Assembly: GCA_964355175.1 (NCBI GenBank)
Contig: CAYHBZ010000001.1
Location: 368,523-432,522, forward strand
Source: an uncultured Gammaproteobacteria bacterium
GTDB taxonomy: Bacteria > Patescibacteriota > Patescibacteriia > Magasanikbacterales > GWA2-37-8
Reading direction: 5' to 3'
Length of the DNA stretch: 64,000 bases
The notes below the pieces were generated by a model. That model did not search any database. It was not told where the DNA came from and was given only the letters and a program-made list of their open reading frames with translations. The translations under genes were made by a program, and so were the position numbers. The stretch's first letter is position 1, and every line of letters starts with the position of its first letter. Positions 57,486 to 64,000 of the stretch are shown here, piece by piece.

Positions 57486-59138
57486 ATGGCGGATAAAGAT
57501 GATAAAGTAAAAATAGAAAAAGAAGGTGACTTAAAAAACAGTGGCTCTGATATTGGGTCTTTATTAGGTTCTTCATCTGAAACAGTAGATTTGGAATTGG
57601 CCGATGTGAATTCTGCCGATGCCAAAAAGAAAGACAATAAAACTTTAGAAATAAATTTAAAAACAGCCGCTACCGATGCCGATGATGGCGGCGCTAGATT
57701 GGCCGCGGCTTTGGTGACAGATAGCGAAGAAGATGACTCTCCTCCTCCCGCACAACCTCCTCCAGATGAAGAGGCGGCGTTACAAACCGAACAGCCCACC
57801 GAACAACCCGAAGAAAATCAGGCACCAGAAAAAGATAACCCTCCGCTCGATCCTAGTCAACAAAAAAAACCAGACGACGAATCAGGACAAAAACAGCCGC
57901 AGCCTACCAACCAGCCAGTCCAAACACAACCTTCTGTCCAGCCACAGACAGAAGCCCCTCAGACAGCTTTACCCGACCAGTACGAACAATTTCAACAACC
58001 GGGACCTCAAGCGCCAGAGCAACCTCCGGTACATCCTAATGAACATCAACCAAGCGTTCCCCAACAAGCTCCAACCGCCAAAAATCCCCCCACAACCGGG
58101 CAAACACCACAATCTCAACCTCCTCATGCTTCCCCGACTTCTGCAACGACTCATGACCCAAAAAACCCTCCTAAATTAGACCCTGAAAAACCTACAGGAG
58201 AAAAACAACCCACGGCCAATTTACAACCGTCCACAGTTTCAAAAGAAGCTCTGAGAGATATCGGTCCGCATGGAAATTTAGAAAACTCCATGAGTCAAGC
58301 GGGCCAGCATACTGATCCAAATAAAAAAATACCTACCAATCAACAAAACCAGGTTGGCAATGATTTAAATTCACAAAAATTAATGCAGCCAGACGGGGAC
58401 CACGCCAAAACCAACAATCAGACTGCCAACAAACCTCTTCAGACAACTAATACATCTGGACTGTCTACAAATACTGAGGATAAAAATGCCTTAAATGCCT
58501 TATCTGATTTGGTAAAAAAATTTAAGGAAGAACAACAAAAAGAGGAAGAAGCTTACCAAAAAATGAATGCTTTACAAAAATTAAACCGGACCAAACAACA
58601 AAAAAAATTACTAAAGGAGCTAAATAAAAAAAATGATAAATTAATTGGCCTGATAGACAGAATGCTTTTAACAAAATACTTTCCAATAGTACTTTACAAA
58701 ATACTGAGATACCAAGAAGAAATAGGCAAGCTTATAAAACAGCTGTCCAAGAAAAAAACTATTCACCGTAATGACGGTCCGATGAATAAATTAGATAGTG
58801 AAATATTCTTTTTTGAAGCGCTAGTGATATACCCTATACTTAAAACTGGAGCAACAAAAGATGCTGTGAAAAGATTTAGAAAGTATTGGTTAAGTTGGTC
58901 AACAGGAATCTGGTGGGGGACATTCATTATGGCCGCATTTGATCTACTAATAATTTTCCCTTTTATTTTTTTACTTTTTGGATCCGTGTTTGATGGACCT
59001 GGCATTAGATTATTAAAAAAAATTAGAAAAAGAAATCGTGAATTAACAGAAATTTTAACAAAAATAGGAAAATTAGCCAAACCAAAAGGTGGCGATAATG
59101 AAAATTATATTTGGCATCAAAAAAGCTATGAGGATTAA
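57486..59138 (+). CDS. large intrinsically disordered Pro/Gln-rich protein with a C-terminal coiled-coil and TM hairpin (hypothetical)
   Basis: 550 aa. Acidic N-terminus, ~300 aa of P/Q/T-rich low complexity, and a lysine-rich coiled coil. Two hydrophobic helices sit near the C-terminus. Confidence 0.5.
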   Translation: MADKDDKVKIEKEGDLKNSGSDIGSLLGSSSETVDLELADVNSADAKKKDNKTLEINLKTAATDADDGGARLAAALVTDSEEDDSPPPAQPPPDEEAALQTEQPTEQPEENQAPEKDNPPLDPSQQKKPDDESGQKQPQPTNQPVQTQPSVQPQTEAPQTALPDQYEQFQQPGPQAPEQPPVHPNEHQPSVPQQAPTAKNPPTTGQTPQSQPPHASPTSATTHDPKNPPKLDPEKPTGEKQPTANLQPSTVSKEALRDIGPHGNLENSMSQAGQHTDPNKKIPTNQQNQVGNDLNSQKLMQPDGDHAKTNNQTANKPLQTTNTSGLSTNTEDKNALNALSDLVKKFKEEQQKEEEAYQKMNALQKLNRTKQQKKLLKELNKKNDKLIGLIDRMLLTKYFPIVLYKILRYQEEIGKLIKQLSKKKTIHRNDGPMNKLDSEIFFFEALVIYPILKTGATKDAVKRFRKYWLSWSTGIWWGTFIMAAFDLLIIFPFIFLLFGSVFDGPGIRLLKKIRKRNRELTEILTKIGKLAKPKGGDNENYIWHQKSYED

Positions 59139-59161
59139 TTTTTTATAAATAATTTATATTT

Positions 59162-60400
59162 ATGAACCCAATCACAAAAAAAATATTGTTGGCCCTAGGA
59201 TTGCTGGCAATAGCCGCGCTAATTGGTTTTGGATTTTATACTCTTTTCAAAAAAAATCAGACCGGCGGCACTCTGCAAACTCCCAAAGGTGAAGGCAGTG
59301 GATCACTCCCTACTGCCGGGGAAAGAACCAGCACCCTAGCTCAGACAGAAACCACTGACGGCGGACTACAGCGCGGTGAAATCACTACGCCTTTGCCTAT
59401 TCCTCAGATTGCCAACGGTGGCTATTACCAAAACGAAGCGGTGAAAGAAATAACCGACCAAGCGGCGGCCTTTCCATCCTTAAGCAAAGCCGGCGGCGGG
59501 TTACGTTATTATAATAATTCTGACGGAAAATTTTATCACTTGACCGCTGACGGGCAAATTAAAGCACTTTCCGATCAAACTTTTTATAATGTAAATAAAG
59601 TCACCTGGGCTGATAAAAATGACAAAGCGGTATTGGAATATCCGGATAGCTCCAAAATAATCTACAATTTTGAAAAAGAAAAACAAGTTACTTTACCCAA
59701 ACATTGGTCGGATTTTTCTTTCTCACCTGACAGCAGTCAGTTGGCCGCCAAAAGCATCGGCTTGGCTCCAGAAAATCGCTGGCTAGTCACCGTCAATGAT
59801 GATGGTACCGGCACCACTTTGGTAGAACCAATGGGAGAAAATGCCGACAAAGTCCAAATTGACTGGTCGCCATCCCGCCAAACTGTAGCTTTTTCACAAA
59901 CCGGTGAGCCGCTCGGGGCTGAAAGACAAGAAATATTGTTTGTCGGTTTAAATCATGAAAATTTTAAATCCGCCATCGTGGAAGGCCGTGGGTTTGAACC
60001 ATCCTGGTCACCTACCGGACAAAAATTGCTATACAGCGTCTATAGCTCTCGCAGTGATTTCAAGCCGGAACTTTGGATCACTGATTCGTATGGCGACAGT
60101 ATCGGCAATAATCGCCAACTTCTTCAGCTCAACACCTGGGCTGATAAATGTACTTTTTCTGACGACAACACTCTCTTCTGCGCGGTACCACGAGATCTAC
60201 CACAAGGGGCCGGAATTTTGCCGGAAGTAGCCTCAAACACCAATGATGATATGTATAAAATCGACCTCAAAACCGGCCTCAAAACCACCCTGCCTTTGGA
60301 TGGTACTTACAACATAAAAAATATCACTTACGATAAAACCAAAAATAAATTATACTTTACGAATGGCGATCAGGCAGGTGTATTTGAAATAAAATTGTAA
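59162..60400 (+). CDS. membrane-anchored TolB-like beta-propeller protein (PD40/WD40-like repeats)
   Basis: N-terminal TM. Repeated FSPDSSQLA / WSPSRQTVAF / WSPTGQKLLYS motifs. Confidence 0.5.
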   Translation: MNPITKKILLALGLLAIAALIGFGFYTLFKKNQTGGTLQTPKGEGSGSLPTAGERTSTLAQTETTDGGLQRGEITTPLPIPQIANGGYYQNEAVKEITDQAAAFPSLSKAGGGLRYYNNSDGKFYHLTADGQIKALSDQTFYNVNKVTWADKNDKAVLEYPDSSKIIYNFEKEKQVTLPKHWSDFSFSPDSSQLAAKSIGLAPENRWLVTVNDDGTGTTLVEPMGENADKVQIDWSPSRQTVAFSQTGEPLGAERQEILFVGLNHENFKSAIVEGRGFEPSWSPTGQKLLYSVYSSRSDFKPELWITDSYGDSIGNNRQLLQLNTWADKCTFSDDNTLFCAVPRDLPQGAGILPEVASNTNDDMYKIDLKTGLKTTLPLDGTYNIKNITYDKTKNKLYFTNGDQAGVFEIKL

Positions 60401-60412
60401 ATTTAAATAAAT

Positions 60413-61069
60413 ATGCACAAGATTACTAAATTTTACATTCTGCTTCTATCCGCTATAGTTATCGCTGGCGGCGCATTTGCTTGGACATTTTTAAAAACTA
60501 AAGAGATCACCGTAAAACCAAACGCCGCTCCTTTAATTAGCGAGGGCTACTACGAGATACCCACCAACGACGATCCGGTTTTTGGGAATCCAGGATCGCC
60601 TCTGACCATAATCATGTTTAGTGATTTTGCCTGTAGTGATTGCCAAAACAAATACACTATCATTAGTGACTTTGTAAAAGCTCATCCGCAAGCCGCGCGT
60701 TTATTTGTAAAATATTCACCTCAGCCAAGTTTATTTTTCAAATCCAATGATTTGGCGTACCGTGGAGCTATCTGTGCCAACAAACAAAATAAATTTTGGG
60801 AATATAATGACTTGCTAATTACTGCTAAAAATCCAAATAAACAAACCGAACTGGAAAAAAATATTCAGGATCTAAAAATAAACGAAGATGCCTGGAAAGA
60901 TTGTCTAAACGACCAAACCACCCAACAAAAAATCGCCGGAGCAGTGGCCCTAAGTCAAACTTTGGGCATTACCAAAGTGCCGGTAATATATGTAAATAAT
61001 AAAAGATTAAATTTGGAAACCGAACCAAACCTGGCCGATCTACTTTCTAAACTTATAGCCGCTAATTAA
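60413..61069 (+). CDS. DsbA-like thiol:disulfide oxidoreductase (membrane anchored)
   Basis: Thioredoxin-fold CxxC (FACSDCQ) after an N-terminal TM anchor. 218 aa. Confidence 0.7.
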   Translation: MHKITKFYILLLSAIVIAGGAFAWTFLKTKEITVKPNAAPLISEGYYEIPTNDDPVFGNPGSPLTIIMFSDFACSDCQNKYTIISDFVKAHPQAARLFVKYSPQPSLFFKSNDLAYRGAICANKQNKFWEYNDLLITAKNPNKQTELEKNIQDLKINEDAWKDCLNDQTTQQKIAGAVALSQTLGITKVPVIYVNNKRLNLETEPNLADLLSKLIAAN

Positions 61070-61076
61070 TTCCGCA

Positions 61077-62420
61077 ATGAAAACCAATATAATTTTCACT
61101 TGCTCAAACTGCAATGCCCAATTCCAAAAATGGACCGGGCGGTGTTTGGAATGTGGTAAATGGGGTACGGTGGAAAAAAATATGATAACTGCTAGTGCGG
61201 TTAAAAATAACGAAACAAATAATCATCCCATAGCTAAAACGATAAAACTTTCCGAAGTAAACCAACAAAATTTTGCCCGTTTAAAGACCAATATATCAGA
61301 ATTGGATAGAGTTCTTGGCGGCGGAATTGTGCCTGGAAGTCTAATTCTCCTTGGCGGCGATCCCGGCATTGGCAAATCCACTCTAGCCCTACAGCTATCG
61401 GCCATTTTTGCGGATGCATTATATTTTTCTGGTGAGGAGTCGGTAGAACAAATCAAACTACGCGCCAGCCGTCTGGAAATTTCATCCTCTACCCTGGGAT
61501 TGGCCAACGAAACCAACGTGGAAACTATTATTGCTACCGCGATTGCCCAAAAAACCAAGCTCACAATAGTAGACTCCATTCAAACCATGCGCTCAGCCGA
61601 AGTAGAAGGCGAAGCCGGCAATATAAATCAGGTCCGTGCTTGTACCGTAAAATTGATGGAAGCGGCCAAAAAAAATAATATTACTTTTATCCTGATTGGC
61701 CAAGTAACTAAAGACGGCAATGTAGCCGGACCAAAAACTTTGGAACATTTGGTAGATACCGTACTCTATTTGGAAGGTGATCGCTTTCATGATTTTCGTA
61801 TTTTAAGAGCCGCCAAAAATCGCTTTGGGCCAACTGACGAAGTCGGAATTTTTACAATGGAAAAAGACGGTCTACGCGAAGTAAAAAATCCTTCCGCTTC
61901 CCTGCTGGGAGAACGCACTGATTCAGTACCAGGCACAATTATCACTTGTGTGATGGAAGGTACTCGGCCAATGCTAATTGAAATACAAGCCCTAGTCACC
62001 AAAACTAATTTCGGTTTCCCTCAGCGCCGCTCATCAGGATTTGATCTCAACCGTCTACAGGTTTTAATTGGTGTATTATCTCGTCGTGCTGGACTACCAC
62101 TAGAAAGTTATGACGTCTTTTTAAATGTGGTTGGTGGGCTAGAGGTAGACGAACCAGCCGCAGACCTAGCTGTAATCATGGCAATAGCTTCAGGCCTCAA
62201 AGACAAAACTATCCCTATTGGCCTAGCCGCTTTTGGTGAAGTAGGTCTCAGCGGTGAAGTACGCTCAGTAAATAATACTGAGAAAAGATTAAATGAAATA
62301 AAAAATTTAGGACTTCAAATTGCTGTCTTACCAGCATCGGCCAAACTACCAAAAATTACTGGCCTAAAAATCGCTCCAATCAAAAACGTCCAGGAGGTGG
62401 TAGAAAAAATAATCCAATAA
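61077..62420 (+). CDS. radA: DNA repair protein RadA/Sms
   Basis: N-terminal C4 zinc finger (CSNCNAQF…CLECGKWG), RecA-like Walker A GGDPGIGKST, the KNRFG motif, and a C-terminal Lon-like domain. Confidence 0.92.
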   Translation: MKTNIIFTCSNCNAQFQKWTGRCLECGKWGTVEKNMITASAVKNNETNNHPIAKTIKLSEVNQQNFARLKTNISELDRVLGGGIVPGSLILLGGDPGIGKSTLALQLSAIFADALYFSGEESVEQIKLRASRLEISSSTLGLANETNVETIIATAIAQKTKLTIVDSIQTMRSAEVEGEAGNINQVRACTVKLMEAAKKNNITFILIGQVTKDGNVAGPKTLEHLVDTVLYLEGDRFHDFRILRAAKNRFGPTDEVGIFTMEKDGLREVKNPSASLLGERTDSVPGTIITCVMEGTRPMLIEIQALVTKTNFGFPQRRSSGFDLNRLQVLIGVLSRRAGLPLESYDVFLNVVGGLEVDEPAADLAVIMAIASGLKDKTIPIGLAAFGEVGLSGEVRSVNNTEKRLNEIKNLGLQIAVLPASAKLPKITGLKIAPIKNVQEVVEKIIQ

Positions 62421-62442
62421 ACAGAAGAAGTCTGACAGAATA

Positions 62443-62637
62443 AAAAATCTGGATATAATATAACAAAATAAGTGAGCGCTGAAAATCCGAGCAAATAATT
62501 TGTGAGCCGACGAAGCGTGGCTGGCCGTGCTGTATGAGGAGCCAAGCGACGAGTTCACGGCCAGAGCTTTGGCGGGTTGCAAATTATGCGAGGATTTTCA
62601 CAGCGAACGTTTTTGTTATATTATATCCAGATTTTTT
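62443..62637. repeat. ~195-bp nested palindromic element (possible structured ncRNA, MITE, or bidirectional terminator) between radA and recG
   Basis: Perfect 27-bp terminal inverted repeats AAAAAATCTGGATATAATATAACAAAA / TTTTGTTATATTATATCCAGATTTTTT. A GC-rich interior carries further inverted repeats (GCGCTGAAAATC/GATTTTCACAGCG; CTGGCCGTG/CACGGCCAG). The right arm overlaps the recG stop codon. Confidence 0.5.
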
Positions 62638-64000
62638 ATTCGAGATGCACCAACTTTTCGAAACTTTTTATCTTTTGTTTTAACAGTGGTAATTTATCCA
62701 AATTATCAGCCGCTTTTACCGCTGCTTCGCGCGCCATTTTTACGATAGTGTAATCGGTTAATTTAGCCAATTGCAACCCGGCAACACCGCTTTGAGCCGT
62801 GCCATATACTTCGCCTGGTCCCCTATCCTCTAGATCTTTTTGTGCCAATTTAAAACCACTCAAATTGCCTTCAAAGAATTTTAATCTATCTAAAGTTTTT
62901 TCACTAGCGCTGTCGGTAAATAAAAAACAATAAGATTGATGAATAGATCGCCCAACACGACCGCGGAATTGATGTAACTGTGCCAAACCAAAACGCTCCG
63001 CACCCTCGATCATCATCACCGAGGCATTAGGTATATCAATACCTACTTCTATCACCGAAGTAGCCACCAAAATATCAATCTCATGATTTTTAAATCTTCT
63101 CATAGTTGATTCTTTTTCAGCGGACTTTAGTTTGCCGTGGAGAAAATCTACTTTCAAATCCGGGAATATTTTCTTGGATAATTTTTCATATTCGGCCAAG
63201 ACGGATTTCTTATCACCGCTATCATTTTCAATAAGAGGACACACCACAAACGCCTGACGACCCTGCCGGATCTGCGCCCGAATAAAATCATAAGCTTTTT
63301 GTCGATTATACACTTCTACCAACCTACTCATAATTGGCTTGCGTCCGGCTGGCAATTCGTCAATCACCGACAGGTCCAGATCGCCATATAAAGTGAGCGC
63401 CAAAGAACGTGGAATCGGCGTGGCAGTCAAACTAAGAAAATGCACGCCTTTGCCTTTTTGTTTTATATCTTGGCGTTGTTCCACGCCAAATCTATGCTGC
63501 TCATCGACTATAGCCAAACCTAATTTTTTAAATTCAATTTTCTCCGATAATAAAGCGTGAGTACCAATTGCCAAAGCAATTTTACCGTTCTTTAAATCTT
63601 CTACTATTTCTTTTTTCAATTTTTTACTTTCAATATTTTCTTCACCAGCATTCTTGGCAAATTGCGAACGAGTAAATAAACAAATAGGAGTATCGAGGTG
63701 AAATAACAAACGACTCAAATTATCAAAATGTTGCTTGGCCAAAATTTCGGTTGGTGCTAGCAATACAGACTGAAAACCATTTAAGGTGGTATTATATAGT
63801 GCCATGGCGGCCACGACCGTTTTACCAGAGCCAACATCCCCAGATAACAAACGATTCATCGGAGTGGGCTTAGACAGATCTTTCAAAATTTCCCAAGCTG
63901 ATAATTTTTGTGGTTTAGTCAAAGCGAACGGCAATTTTCCCACAAATTCCTTGATTTCTTTTTCTTTGAAATCCAATGCGGGCGCCTTTTGCAAAGCCCG
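62636..64000 (-). CDS. recG: ATP-dependent DNA helicase RecG (C-terminal ~450 aa; N-terminus beyond window end)
   Basis: Walker A GDVGSGKT, DEQHRFGV (DEAH box), a helicase C-terminal domain, and a TRG motif region. No start codon within the window. Confidence 0.88.
   Translation of the reverse strand, partial: RALQKAPALDFKEKEIKEFVGKLPFALTKPQKLSAWEILKDLSKPTPMNRLLSGDVGSGKTVVAAMALYNTTLNGFQSVLLAPTEILAKQHFDNLSRLLFHLDTPICLFTRSQFAKNAGEENIESKKLKKEIVEDLKNGKIALAIGTHALLSEKIEFKKLGLAIVDEQHRFGVEQRQDIKQKGKGVHFLSLTATPIPRSLALTLYGDLDLSVIDELPAGRKPIMSRLVEVYNRQKAYDFIRAQIRQGRQAFVVCPLIENDSGDKKSVLAEYEKLSKKIFPDLKVDFLHGKLKSAEKESTMRRFKNHEIDILVATSVIEVGIDIPNASVMMIEGAERFGLAQLHQFRGRVGRSIHQSYCFLFTDSASEKTLDRLKFFEGNLSGFKLAQKDLEDRGPGEVYGTAQSGVAGLQLAKLTDYTIVKMAREAAVKAADNLDKLPLLKQKIKSFEKLVHLE

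Overview
This 64 kb window is AT-rich and gene-dense, with almost everything on the minus strand for the first ~45 kb. By eye it looks like a small-genome bacterium, with gene content and style suggesting a Patescibacteria/CPR-like lineage; that lineage call is inference only. Housekeeping genes I recognise are groES-groEL (with an upstream CIRCE operator), yidC, nusA, leuS, pheS-pheT, gdhA, an Fpg/Nei glycosylase, rseP, lemA, htpX, an ADP-forming acetyl-CoA synthetase, a PGM/PMM-family mutase, a ClpC-like ATPase, radA and a partial recG. Three regions stand out.
(1) 14.2-31.5 kb is a ~17 kb unidirectional cluster. It runs response regulator - PilB - PilC (with a C-terminal SH3b-like extension) - four prepilin-type minor pilins - a tandem array of five pilins - histidine kinase - response regulator - ComEC channel domain - methyltransferase - ComEC-type MBL domain. 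Four of the pilins are ~545-aa paralogs with near-identical ends and divergent LamG-like central cassettes. I read the cluster as a type IV pilus / DNA-uptake machine with its own two-component system.
(2) 0-6.5 kb holds a 1501-aa secreted transglutaminase-like protein followed by two tandem paralogous small genes that share ~250 bp of 100% identical DNA, a third small ORF, and a HAD/FCP1-like phosphatase running off the edge. It has the look of a polymorphic toxin/immunity locus.
(3) A family of short palindromic GTCATyCC...GGrATGAC units sits in the intercistronic spacers of groES-groEL and pheS-pheT, and an exact 25-nt copy lies inside the pheT coding sequence. There is also a ~195-bp nested palindrome with perfect 27-bp terminal inverted repeats between convergent radA and recG.
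Many clean rho-independent terminator hairpins and a few sigma70-like promoters are visible. I found no rRNA, tRNA or CRISPR array.
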